DNA of 63,123 nt, counting the filler, from Olpidium bornovanus S191 (Eukaryota; Fungi; Olpidiomycota), in NCBI GenBank assembly GCA_017911155.1. It is 28 parts of 28 records of this genome, joined end to end, with 100 filler letters (N's around TTAATTAATTAA, not from the genome) between each part and the next. Parts side by side here need not be neighbours in the genome. Positions count along the whole stretch, not along the records: positions 35,933 to 38,860 come from JAEFCI010010696.1; positions 38,961 to 40,404 come from JAEFCI010002291.1; positions 40,505 to 43,185 come from JAEFCI010012325.1; positions 43,286 to 45,685 come from JAEFCI010007040.1; positions 45,786 to 46,899 come from JAEFCI010010007.1; positions 47,000 to 48,284 come from JAEFCI010012194.1; positions 48,385 to 51,922 come from JAEFCI010011778.1; 21 more parts are not named here. One strand, given 5' to 3'. Positions 38,411 to 50,079 of this stretch are shown piece by piece. Positions within the stretch are counted from its first letter, which is position 1. Each line of letters starts with the position of its first letter. The notes under the pieces are model-generated. The model did no database searches. It was not told the DNA's origin and was given only the letters and a program-made list of their open reading frames with translations. Made by a program: the position numbers and the translations under genes.

Positions 38411-39029
38411 AGAACGTTCGGCCCCGGCGGTCCCGCGCGAGCGTTTAAGTAGGGGAAATTTTGGGGTGTTCACAAATGTATAACCTCCTTTATCAGTTCA
38501 AAAGAACCGGTTTTTTACTTGGGACTTCGCGTTCTGCCTGGAGTGGTGGCGGGCCTTCGCGTTTTGGATGTCTGGCAATATATTTCGGATAGTCGAAACG
38601 CGAACCGGGTGAGCCGCGGTATTTAGGCATTGCACGATAACGTCGATCCCGCGGGAAGCCAACGCTTAACTGCCCTGGACGGTGCCTCAAAGGCCGCCAG
38701 GTATGGAAAAAGTAAGGCCGGTTGGTAGCGCACTGCGATTTATTTCCTAGGCAGAACGGCGAGGTCGGCATCAGCAAGGATGCCGAAACCGGTTCCGACC
38801 GCGCAAGGCCGCGAGATAACGGCCTTATCTGTCAAAAATTTGGCGAGGACTGGTGGCATGNNNNNNNNNNNNNNNNNNNNNNNNNNNNNNNNNNNNNNNN
38901 NNNNTTAATTAATTAANNNNNNNNNNNNNNNNNNNNNNNNNNNNNNNNNNNNNNNNNNNNCATGAACCGCGAGGGGTTCGGGGTTTCGGCTTCAACCCCC
39001 CGCGCTTCCCGCGAAGACGGCGTCGGTTT

Positions 39030-40260
39030 TCAATACGTACCGCCTTGATAGGGCTCTCCTCTTCGTCTTCGACGGGTATCCGCCGCTCGCGAGCGATTTT
39101 GACCTGGCAATATTTTGACCCTGTGGTTCTGAACGCCGCGTTAGTATTCACATCCAAAGCGCACCGGCGTGCACAGGCGTTATCCGCGATGCGGCCGGCC
39201 GTTCCTCTCCCTGGATTCTGCGGACGTCACTTACAAGATCTAGACGCAAAAGCGACAGAGGGATAAGGAGCCTGTGCGTTAAAACCCGGAAAATTATTCT
39301 CCTCAGGAAAGTCGACTTTGCGCCGATTATTTTTTTTTTTGCGCGTCTTCTTTAGATTTATTATTTTTTTCCCCCTGTCTACCTTCCGAAACCTTGTTCC
39401 GCAACTGGTGCAACGCGTCATATGTCGCGCTGAACGGACTGAGGGAGAGTTTTCGCGAAATCTCTTGGGCCAGCTGGCTGTAGAAACTAAGGATGAGCTG
39501 CGAGTTTGGCGGGTGGGCTCTGAACTGTTTAGCGGGAGAGACGAAGAACAATTTGGGTTGAAAGCTATCAAAAAATAAATAATCTGCAAGCCCGCGTGTG
39601 GGGCGGGCTACGGGAAAATAAAAAGAAAATCAAAAGCAAAAAGCAGTGAAGCATACTCGTCACCAGAGGAATGAGACAGTTGAGTTTCGCGAACGTCGCC
39701 GACCCTCCGAGCGCGTCCGCCGACGGCGCCCGCCCCGCGCTCCCGCCGGCGCGGGCGCGTCTCGCCCTTCACGCGAGGCGGCCGAAGTGAACCCCGAGGA
39801 CGGCGTTGGAATCGATCCGCCGGTCGGACTTGCGGAACTTGCCCTCGAGGAGCTCTCGTCCTGCCTGGACGGCGCGCCGAATTTCGCGTCGAGGAGAGAC
39901 CGCTCCACCATGGACTCGACGTCCTGAGCGACAATTTGATTATTTATTTTTTTCAGGGTCGAGGTTTAAGCCGGCCCGCGAGGGGAGCAGATCTCCCCTT
40001 AATCAGCCGCAGCGCGCGCGGATGGGGAAAAGTCTTTTCCCCCCTCACCGTCTCGTCTCCGCTTTTGTCATCCTCTTCACGATCCGGAGAACAAAACATT
40101 TCGATGGCGCTATTTTCGTAGAGCTGAAGCCACGCTTCTGCGTCAATCGGCAGAGATTTGAGCATATCCTCCAGCGGTTCGCACTCCAGCGCCTTGGTCA
40201 GCCGCTGGCGCATTCCTTCAATTGGCGCACTTGATGCCAAGTTCTATGAACAGCTCTTTA
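39030..40260 (-). CDS. Unidentified multi-exon gene with a CxxC...C zinc-ribbon-like segment
   Basis: Exon-like frames ...LTKALECEPLEDMLKSLP..., DVESMVERSLLDAKFG..., RHMTRCTSCGTRFR/TTGSKYC bounded by GT/AG. Confidence 0.4.
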
Positions 40261-41443
40261 TGGTGCTTTAAAATAGACGGCGACCAAAAAAAAAAAAAAA
40301 AAAAAAAGAGAACGCATTTCCGCCAGCGGACTTGCATATAAACCGGACCGGCCAAGCGTCGGCTGCCTTGTCCGAACCTTTTCAGCGTGGTAAACAGTGC
40401 CATGNNNNNNNNNNNNNNNNNNNNNNNNNNNNNNNNNNNNNNNNNNNNTTAATTAATTAANNNNNNNNNNNNNNNNNNNNNNNNNNNNNNNNNNNNNNNN
40501 NNNNCATGCCAAAGCTCACAATCTGTTGTCGCAGTGGCGGTGTATGACGCGCTTTCTTCTATTTCTATGCGGGACATTATTATGACATCACATTCCAAGT
40601 AGAAAGGGCGGCTGCGGTCGTCTCTCGTGGCAGTTGCCACTGTCTACCCATTCTTGAGAATAAACGTATGCCCATTTACTTTGAAGAGTACGTCCAACCC
40701 GCTGTAATGCTCGGCTAGAAACTGCTGCCATCCTGAACGTTGGTGTGGGTAGGGTGTCCTGGAACGAGAGCTTGTTGCTGGAGGCGGTCATGATGTCCAC
40801 GGTTCCCGTAGCCACGGCCAGCTCTTTTGATTTCCAGGCCCCCGCGGAGCAGTTTTGCCTGGCCGGAGCAGCCCTGTCAATATTGTCGCTCTCGGTCAGG
40901 ATCCCTGCCGCGCATGAGACTGTAGGCTCGACTTCTCCTTGGCCTTTTTTTGTCTGTTGCCTGTGGTGTGGGCGTGCTTCCTGGGACACCGAACCTCCCG
41001 TGACAAGACATACATGCCAGCTCCCAGGGACCACGGATTCCCTGCGCCATCCACGGGTAGGATGACCAACGCTCTTCGACGGTGTATTAGATAAGCTATG
41101 CAACTAAATGTTGCACCAATGTGTTGCCGACCCGAAGTGTCAGGGGGTGTGTTGTGGTGCGAGTCGGACGCCGTCGTGTTTATGCCAGGGTTAGCCGGGG
41201 GATTTTCCATGGCTTTCGTGGTGGGTCCTCTCAAGCGAAACATAGGGTTTAAGGTTTTGGTTGAATGCTGGGTGAGCCCGTTAGGGTGAAGCCCAGTGTC
41301 TGGCGTGAAAAACGTCTGTCCGCCTGTCATCGAGCTCGGCCAATCAGAACGTTCCTCCCTCCCCCTCCGGGTGCTGGGTGCGGGCTCCCGCCGCCCCGGG
41401 TTCCGAAATCGATGCAAAAAGTGCGAAAAAGCATGCACTCTCG

Positions 41444-41557
41444 TTGGCCCAAAGGGCTCACCGAGCGCTGTTGGTGAGCCGCAGGCGAGTCCCAGCTTAA
41501 TTGGTCCAAAGGGCTCACCCAGCGCTGTTGGTGAGCCGCAGGCGAGTCCCAGCTCAA
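41444..41557 (+). repeat. 57-bp tandem duplication, each unit a hairpin
   Basis: Units start at 41444 and 41501; each contains GGCTCACC-(G/C)AGCGCTGTT-GGTGAGCC (8-bp stem). Confidence 0.9.
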
Positions 41558-42674
41558 TCTTGAAAAAGGAAAAGCCCCTGTTACCGTCATTCCGATTTTT
41601 CATTGGTCAATTTTCACGGGTCTCCCTTTCCGGCGTGCACCCTGTGTGCTTCGCAGGGGGTGCCTCATTCTGGTACATATGTGTGCCCCTTTATGCTTCT
41701 GAGGGAGGCTCCGTCGTTCTGGCGTGCGCCCTTTGCCCGTCAAGGGGGTGTTCCGTTCTGGTGCCCTTCAAAAGTAAGGGCACCAGTCAGGCCTTCGCGT
41801 TTTCTTGTTGGTCAGTTTCCACGGGGGTCACGCTCCCCCTCCGGCGGCTGGCAAGGAAGTGCAAAGGACGGCGGATCCGGGTCAGCGGCCGCACACCCCG
41901 CCACTGTCCACCATACGACAGTATTTCATAGGGTGTTGAGCTGGGCAGACCCAGCTTAACGGCGCCTTTCGCCACCACGTCTGGCGGCGCCAAAAAAAAA
42001 AAAAAAAAAAAAAAAACCAACTGCCACCATGCATCGCGCAACGCTCCGCCGTCCCCCTCTTCCCCTTTTTCCTTCCTTCCTTCCAAGGGGTCAAAAATTC
42101 AGGGGTTCTGACCAACCGCCCAACCAAGCACTCTCACTCGCCAAAACCATCATTATAGCTCTGGTCTTCCTGTCACCAAAGAGTCCCTATGGAAGCGAAC
42201 GGCGACAAAAGCGCAAGCTGAATGAGAAGGTTATAGGGCACAACGGAAGGAGGGCCGGTGGAGAGAGTGTTTGTAAGCGAATGTTTGTCCCTCCCCTGTG
42301 AAGCTTTACAACGAAAAGGTGAGAACAAAAGACTCTACCAGCACGATTTGGTTCGAAACACAAGCAGCCGCAGAGTACTGAAACAAAAATAAAAAATCTT
42401 TTACAGATTTTCCACTCTACAGCTTGATGCCCTGTAAGAACAAATTGGCACATAGCAACGTCAACGGACCTCAGGAAAGAACATAGAGTAGAAGTAACAC
42501 AATTTCGATATTCCGCTCCAAAAGCCTTGTAAGTGATTGTTTTAGGTCAACGTGGGAGCGAGCCGTGAGTACATTGGTTTCTAGGGGTTATCTACAGAGC
42601 GTGGCGTTAAACCCGTGGCATCTTGAACAACATTTTGTGCGTTTTGACGACGGAAAAAGGTTTAGATGGCCCAT

Positions 42675-43103
42675 TCAGCAGCAAATGATGCGTATGGTGT
42701 TGGTGGAACCGATTCCTGCGGAAGAAAGTGGAATCAGACGAGAAAACAAAATGAAGCACCCACACCAGCAGGGAAGAAAATGAAGGGCGATTACAAATTA
42801 CCTGATCGCCAACCCTGAATAACGACGACATTAGTGCCGGCCCGGAGGATGCCCGTTTTCTTGGCCTCCTCAAGGCACCATTCCACTCGGGCGTCAACAT
42901 CCTCTTGCCACGCTGCCAGAAAAGAGACGTGGAGCGGGCTCGGTGTCACGACCTCGGCGATCTCGTGTGGGCGCGGCTTCTCAAACAGGAACGGATAGCA
43001 CCCGCGATACAGGTGGCACTGGCGGGCAGTCTGGGCGTTCCGAGTGACGGTCAGGACAGGGATGTCAGGGCGATACTTGGAGATGACGCGGGCCGTGGTT
43101 CCG
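42675..43103 (-). CDS. PYK1: Pyruvate kinase, C-terminal exons
   Basis: SGTTARVISKYRPDIPVLTVTRNAQTARQCHLYRGCYPF / WQEDVDARVEW...VVVIQGWRS / GIGSTNTIRIICC*. Confidence 0.95.
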
Positions 43104-43285
43104 CTGATTATGTGCCAATGAATGCCGCGTTCAGCCAACCAATAACAACGAGACAAGCCACGAACTACTACCAAAACACGACATGNNNNNNNNNNNNNNN
43201 NNNNNNNNNNNNNNNNNNNNNNNNNNNNNTTAATTAATTAANNNNNNNNNNNNNNNNNNNNNNNNNNNNNNNNNNNNNNNNNNNN

Positions 43286-44190
43286 CATGGCGGCTAACCA
43301 TCCGAACAACGGACATTGTTGTCAGTGATTGATACGGGCCAGTAATCTGAAACGTTCCGCCTTACCGTTGTTAGCGAGCCGACGTAGGAGTGAAACCCGG
43401 TGAGGTTACCTGTCGCGACCTGAATGCTGCTGAGATCGAACGGCGGTAGGTCCACCGTTTTCTTTCCATTCAGCGGCAGCTGAAGTAGTTCCAAGGAGCG
43501 TATCCGACGACTTAGGCAGCGGAAGAGGATACCATTGGTTTCGCGCGTTCACGCGAGAAGCTCCTCTCACCTGCTTTGCTACGACGGACATGAGATTGTC
43601 CGCCAGCGGCTGCTCGCTGACCTCGAACATGACGGCCATTACCGACGTTTTGCCGGAGGGTGACGCGCCTACGAAGTGGACCTCGGCGTCGAAATATTTT
43701 CCTTCGTAACGGTGCTCGCTGGGGCAATGAATGTGGAATCCGGTGATCGTAAAAACTTCGGCTTGGCCCGCGGCAACAAACGAGGAATCGGGGCCCCCTT
43801 CCGGCAGGATGAATTCGAGGCCGTGGCCGCTGTTTTGGAGCTTTACACCGGTGAGCGGCTGCAAGGTGGCTTGCAGGGCGCCGCTGTTTGCGTCGGCGGA
43901 GCCCGGGCGGATGTCGATCGGCGACTGCGGAAAACGGAGGAAGCGGCCACGAGTTGTAAGCCTCGCCCGCTTTGCATCGAAAGGAAGCGACGCGCGCGCG
44001 ACGGTCACGCGAGATGTACCTGTCCGGGATTTATGTCCTGGCAGAACCCCGGCCACAGGTTGGGACCGTTGTTTCCCTGGTACTGGAAGGAAACACCGCC
44101 CTCCTCTTCCAGACGCCGGACCAGCGGAAACGCGAGGGTTGACGCGACGTTCCAGGCGACGAACAGCGCAGACGCGCGCGGCCTGATCAT
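43286..44190 (-). CDS. Secreted-type alpha-carbonic anhydrase, 3' truncated
   Basis: Signal-like N-terminus MIRPRASALFVAWNVASTLAF, then GPNLWP, QSPIDI, LQNSGHG, Zn ligands FHIHCPSEH and EVHFV, and YVGSLTT; GT-AG junctions. Confidence 0.92.
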
Positions 44191-44402
44191 CTCTCCCGGC
44201 AACGCGTCCCCCACCGGTTAACAACAAGCGTCTGGCAGGAACGGGGGGCGAAACGGGTTTTCGGCTCGTGAAAGGATCGATCCGCTTTGGGGGGCGGCGG
44301 ACGGCCGCCGTCCCTGGCCTTTTATAGTGTCGGGCGCGCTCGCCGTGTTTTCCTGGGCCTCAAGCGGATCGACCGGGATCTCTGGGGTGCGGGGGAAGCG
44401 GG

Positions 44403-44450
44403 CCGGGGGGTGTGCGGGGGTGTGCGGGGGTGTGCGGGGGTGTGCGGGGG
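44403..44450 (+). repeat. (TGTGCGGGGG)x4 G-rich tandem upstream of the carbonic anhydrase
   Basis: Five G5-6 tracts separated by 5-nt loops. Confidence 0.85.
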
Positions 44451-45329
44451 AAGAGGCCTCTTGTTGGAAATAACGGGGGGCGGCAAGGGGGAGGCTGAGC
44501 CACTCGACGCACACTTCCGCGCGCACCCTGCCCCTGTTGCCCGTTTGTGGGAGTCATTAACCACAAAAGCACTGTACAATACGCCCAGAAGGGATAGCAA
44601 CGGCGCAACGCGCCAAATACGGCTCTGCTGTTCGCTCTTCTTCTTCCCACGGGCTCACCGCGGCTCCCGCCTGCGGGTTCTCCTGGCTCGCCCTCCGGGC
44701 TCTATTGTCGACAATTGGAAGGGAAGAGGGCCGGTGTCATCTATTGGCCCGCACTGCGAATTTAATGGCGCGCTTCGCGTCCGCAATTGGCCAGAGGCTG
44801 TGGCGCGCCAGGCACGCTGCGCACTCGCCAGCCGGGCGGAAATTTTTATGCGACGGCGACGAGACGGCACTTCGAGAGTTCAGTCGCGAAGACGACCAAC
44901 AAGGGGTGGGGTCGGATCCAAGATGCTACAGCGCAAGCATGTGTTGAGAGCATTTGACCCCCGGACGCGTCCGTAGCTGTCCAGTCCTGTTGTCGGCCAA
45001 CTGTTGGTTCCGTTCTACCGCCACCAAAACGTCAAAACACGAAGCACTGCTTAGAAGGCACCGGTCGAAGGCCCCCTTTCTGCTCCGGCTCCTGCCCCCT
45101 TTTCTTTTCTTTTATTTCCTTTTTATCTCTTCTTTTCGTTGTTTTTTTTCTTGTATTTTTTTGTTGTATTTTTTTGTTGTATTTTTGCGTCTGCACTCCG
45201 GCTCCTTGTGTTTTAGGCGTCATTTCTCTTTTCAACCGCTTTTCCCTCGTGTGGCGCCGGCCGTTGTCCGCCCGTCTTCGTTAAACCATGGACCACGCGA
45301 CGGAGCGCGCGGGGGACGCCCGCGCACGC

Positions 45330-45685
45330 AGGAGGCTCAGAAAAACCGGAAGCTCGACCGGTTTGACATACTTGACCAAATTTGCTTCTTCGTCAAATCT
45401 GTGAGCCGGGCTAACGAGCTGAATCGGCTGTTAATGCACTGAAACTTTCCGTCAATTTGCATGCACTCGCAGATGCCGCAAGAGGAACGGTTCGCGCCAT
45501 ACAGGTTCTTTGGAGACAAGCGGAATATGGTGGCGACAGAAGCGTTTGGCCCGGGAATAAACATCATGAAGGTAAACATTGTGGTCAATTATGATATTTG
45601 TGATGGTGAAAACAGGTCGTACCTTCACCCCGTCGGCCGGGCTGGCCGGTTTGGCGCAAAGGGTCTCGCGATCACCTTCGTGAGC
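45330..45685 (+). pseudogene. Intronless, degenerate SUB2/UAP56 DEAD-box helicase C-terminal fragment
   Basis: [45 protein letters not shown]...[12 protein letters not shown]...[23 protein letters not shown]. It has an in-frame TGA, R-to-P changes in motifs V and VI, small deletions and no introns. Confidence 0.85.
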
Positions 45686-45937
45686 NNNNNNNNNNNNNNN
45701 NNNNNNNNNNNNNNNNNNNNNNNNNNNNNTTAATTAATTAANNNNNNNNNNNNNNNNNNNNNNNNNNNNNNNNNNNNNNNNNNNNAGGGATTGGCAAAAC
45801 CAAGGTTTTCTGAGTGTATTTCTTCTCTCAGCCTTTCTCCTCTCCCGGCTCACATATGAGCAATTTTTGTGATCCATTTTTTGTTTGTTTCCGTTACACA
45901 TCCTTCCTTTTCTTTCCCGGATGTATAACGAGGAGGA

Positions 45938-46580
45938 GTGTTGAACCCGGAGAATCCGGAGGCCTCCTCGGAACCCCTGAATGTTCTCTGTACTATAATG
46001 CGTAAATCTCCCAATAAACTGCCTTCTCTCACGGAGGCAAAAACCACAAAAACCAACAAATCGGTCTACCTCGACACCATGATGCGCTTCACGCAGCGAC
46101 TAAAGCTCAAAGCGTCTAATCGACCGGACGAAAAGAAATACGGTCCCGCCAAAGCCAATATCGCATACAAGTCTGAAGATGCATCCACCAATAAAGGATC
46201 GATCGACAGGGGCATACACGACGGTCGTGGTGGAAGACGAGGGAATTCCTGAGGTTGACGTGGCGACAGCCACAGTTCCAGACTGTGAATACTGCGGGGG
46301 ATCCCACTGGCACAGCAAGTGTCCCGTGCTACTCAAAATCAAAGAACAAAACACAAAACAAGGACGACAGCAGGGGCAGGCATCGGCCGGGAACACACGC
46401 ACCACCGACGACGATTCTCTCCACAACATCCGTGCATCAACCGCCATCGCCGTGCAAACTCCCGCCGACTCCTGTGCATTCCATGCCGCTGATGATGAGG
46501 ATGCCGCTGAACGCACACTCATCGTCGATTCGGGAAGCACCGATCATATGGTGGGGGACGCGCTGCGTAGCAAAGGTTAA
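45938..46580 (+). mobile_element. Ty1/Copia gag-protease remnant
   Basis: Zinc knuckle CEYCGGSHWHSKC (46284-46322) followed by the aspartic-protease motif LIVDSGSTDHM (Asp at 46527); frameshift upstream and stop downstream. Confidence 0.8.
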
Positions 46581-47024
46581 ACGTAGAGGGAGTGCTGCCT
46601 GTCGTCTCGACATCCATTGTCTCGATACCATACCTTAAACGCTTTTCCTCAAAGAGCCCGTCAAAGAGCACTTCGACGGACCAGCTGGTGATAACCGACG
46701 CGCTCTCTGTAGTGCCCGTATCACCAGTACCGACTTCGCTTTGATGCGCCATCGATGTGCCATCATTGCGCCCATCGAAGCGCCCGCCCCGGTGGGCTGG
46801 ACGGCTTCCCCCCCCCCCCCACCCCCCGGGGAGTGTGCCCACAGGCGAATTCGCGCTTCGCCCTCACCCGAACACCACAACAAAAGCTCGCCTTCGGCCN
46901 NNNNNNNNNNNNNNNNNNNNNNNNNNNNNNNNNNNNNNNNNNNTTAATTAATTAANNNNNNNNNNNNNNNNNNNNNNNNNNNNNNNNNNNNNNNNNNNNA
47001 AAAAAAAAAAAAAAAAAAAAACAG

Positions 47025-48253
47025 CCGGACAACACCGTGCTTTTCGTGTGCGACATCCAAGAGCGGTTCCGCTCGAGCATCTACGGGTTTCCCGGCGTGA
47101 TCCTCACGACGAATAACATGGTGCGCGCGAGCAAAGGGGGAGGGTGTGTGTGTGTGTGGGGGGCGGGAGGCGGGGGGCGGGGAGGGGGGGTGAGGTATGG
47201 AAAAGGTTTTCTGAAAGGGTTCTTCGCCGCGTCTCACCCGCGGGTCTCCGCCCCTTCTCGGCCGCCAGATCAAGGGCGCGCGGCTGCTCGACATCCCCGT
47301 CGTTGTGACGGAGCAGAATCCGAAAGGTAAAAAAAAAGAGGAAACACCAGCGGGCACAGCGGCGGTCTTTTCAGCGTTGGGAGCTGGTGCGCGACGGGCC
47401 TTGCCCGCCGGGAGATATGGGGAGCGCTTTGCCGGGGCCGCCGGCCCACCCAGTTGGCTGACGTTTGCAGCACCGGGGGCTCACGATAGGGCTTGGGCGC
47501 ACGGTGCACGAGCTCGACATATCGGACGCGAAGCTCGTGGTGCCCAAAACCAAGTTCTCGATGGTCGTGCCGGAGGTCAAGGCCAAGCTCGCCGACTGGA
47601 ACACCCGATCCGTCATCCTGTGCGGGATCGCGGTAAAAGCCAAAAAAAAAAATTGGGCTGGCTGTCGGATGGGGGAGAAAAGAAAGGAAAAGGAAAAGAA
47701 AAAAGCCAACAAGAGTCCAACGGAGGTTTATTGAATTTCGAGTGCCCTCTCAATGCTTCCGAAACACTGCTGCGCGGCCGCCTATTCAGTCCAACGTGTG
47801 CGGGTTGCAGACGGCGTTAGACCTCCTGGACGAAAACATCGACGTCCACGTTCTCGCTGACGGGTGCGCGCGCCGGCCGTCGGGATCGAAGGGACGCGCG
47901 CGCGATGGCCGGCGCAAACGGTCGATTCCCCGGAACTGATGTGCGGCCGCGCTCGATTCAGGGTCTCGTCGATGAGCCGCTTCGAGAACGACATCGCCCT
48001 CCAGGTACGACGGCGGTCAAGCGGGCGCGCCAAGGGATCCCCGTTTGTTTCATAGTTTTGTCAGCACGCGCTGTAACGTCCTGCTTCCACCCCAATTCCC
48101 TCCCCCCCGCCACCCACTTCTCCCCCACATCTACCCCAACCCCAGCGGATGCGGGACGCAGGTGCCGTCGTGACGACGTTCGAGTCTGTTCTTTTCCAGC
48201 TGATCGTTGACTCGGGGCACGAAAAGTTCAAAGCGGTATCGGCCCTTGTCAAA
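47025..48253 (+). CDS. Isochorismatase-domain protein (ISOC1/2-like), ends truncated
   Basis: [83 protein letters not shown] spread over GT-AG exons. Confidence 0.92.
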
Positions 48254-48410
48254 GTACGGCGCGCGTCTTGTTCCCGGTCACATGNNNNNNNNNNNNNNNN
48301 NNNNNNNNNNNNNNNNNNNNNNNNNNNNTTAATTAATTAANNNNNNNNNNNNNNNNNNNNNNNNNNNNNNNNNNNNNNNNNNNNACTAGCAGAACAGACA
48401 GCAGACGTAC

Positions 48411-49649
48411 TCGATGCCCAGATCGACCTCTGGTATCGCTGTCAACATGGCAGTTGATTGGGTGACGTTTTCCTCCTTCTCCTTCTGCTTTTCCACCTGC
48501 GGACGCAAGAAACACCACACGTCAAGTGTAATGAGCACCGACTTGGGCCAGATGGCAACCGCAGTGGAACCTCCCCTACACCTCCACGCGCTCCAGCGCT
48601 GTTTTGCCGACCTTAAGGTAGTCCGGCGTGCGGAACAGTTCGTCCCTCGGGTCCGCTCCCGCAACCTCTTCCTCTTCACCCGCCTCGCTGCGGGCCCCTC
48701 GGCGTTTCTGCAGCTGGCTCTCGATGTACGCCATCCTACAGAAAATCCCGGTTTCAGCAGGATCGTTGCGCAAGGGCTTGTCGCCACTTTTCGCCGAATA
48801 AGCGCACACCCCCCTCCCCGCTCCTCACATATGCTTGTCCACGTCCAGAGCGTTCGTCTGCTTGGTGAAGTTGTCTTTTATTACTCTCGACTCCTTCTCC
48901 TCATCCTCCCTGCCGAGTTCGCACGTGGCAGCGGCGGGCGTAAGTCCAGGACGCCACACGGGCTGGCACCTTTCACTACGCTACCATCACTCACGCTCCG
49001 GCGGCCTGATCGGCCACTCCCGCCCCGGCGGGCGCGGACCCATCCAAGATGGGGCCAGCCTTGCTTCTCTTCTTCTTCGACTCGCCCTTCTGCAACTTCT
49101 CTGCGTCAATACCGTGCTTCCGCTTCCGCAGGCGCCGAAACTCGAAGAGGTCCTGGAGGCTCTCACTGAGGCACGTTTTCAAGACAGGCGGGAGGGGGGA
49201 GAGTTAGAGCCTGCAACGGTCAGAAAGTGGACGGCTGAAGGGTAGCGGCCATCCTCTTCACGGATAAGGGGGGCTAGAGGGCGTCTCGCGCTTTTTTCTC
49301 TTCCTCTCATTTTTCCTCTCACGCACCCGGTCTCTGGGGCGTCGTCGTCTTTCTCGCTAGTCGCCACTGCTCCTCCCCGTACGGCGGCGTCGGCGGCGCG
49401 TGGCGGGCTTTCTGCCTCGTCCTGCTGCTGCTGCTGCTCCGGCGGCGGCGGCGGCGGCCCGCCGCGCTCCTTCTGTCCGCATGCCGGCGGCTCCTCCTCC
49501 TCCTCCGGCGCGGCCGGCGGGCGCCCAGCGGCAGCGGCAGCGGCGGCAAGAGCTCCTCCTTCGTCACAGGCGGCGGAGGCAGAGGCGGGCTGCTTCGTGC
49601 GGTAATTCCTTCTCCTCCTGGCGGCGTCGTGGGCCGTCTTCGGCGGCAT
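48411..49649 (-). CDS. C9orf78/Tls1 (HCA59 family) splicing-associated protein, 3' truncated
   Basis: FRRLRKRKHGIDAEKL, NFTKQTNALDVDKHM-MAYIESQL, DELFRTPDYLK, STAMLTAIPEVDLGIE. Confidence 0.88.
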
Positions 49650-50079
49650 GTTTGGCGGACGAAACGTTACGGGGGGCGACAGGGTGTGAGGGGTGCGAGG
49701 GTGCGCGAAGTGTTAAGGGTCCGCGCAAGTGGGGACGGGCGCGTGCTGAAGCCAAATGGGCTAATCACTTTTGTCAAATCAAAAGTCACTTCTCCAACCA
49801 TTTCTGGTGTTTTTCCCTTTCTAGTTCAACCCCGCGAGTGATTTGCCCTTGTTCTTAGCGCTGAAAAGAGCGGCGCATGCAAAGAGCGGCTGCGCTGAAC
49901 TTGCGTCTTTTTGCGCAGCGCCTGCTGCCGACCCAAGTCACCCTTCGTTTCCATCAGTCGAACGTGCAGAATCACGCTAGATTTTTGGTTCGTCAGGTTG
50001 GTGAAACGGAACTGCCACGCGCCATTGCTAACTGGGCCATCAAAACACATCTATATTTTCTACGCATCGGTGAGCTTCG

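Noticed and set aside
40588-41155. Copia RNase H or defined LTR/PBS/PPT junction
   Set aside because: The signals conflict in orientation (PPT+TGTTG on plus; CAACA+TGG on minus) and the protein similarity is too weak to call.
45436-45445. In-frame TGA at a Cys position of the SUB2 fragment read as selenocysteine
   Set aside because: Some early-diverging fungi use Sec, but this copy has other disabling changes, SUB2 is not a known selenoprotein, and no SECIS was identified.
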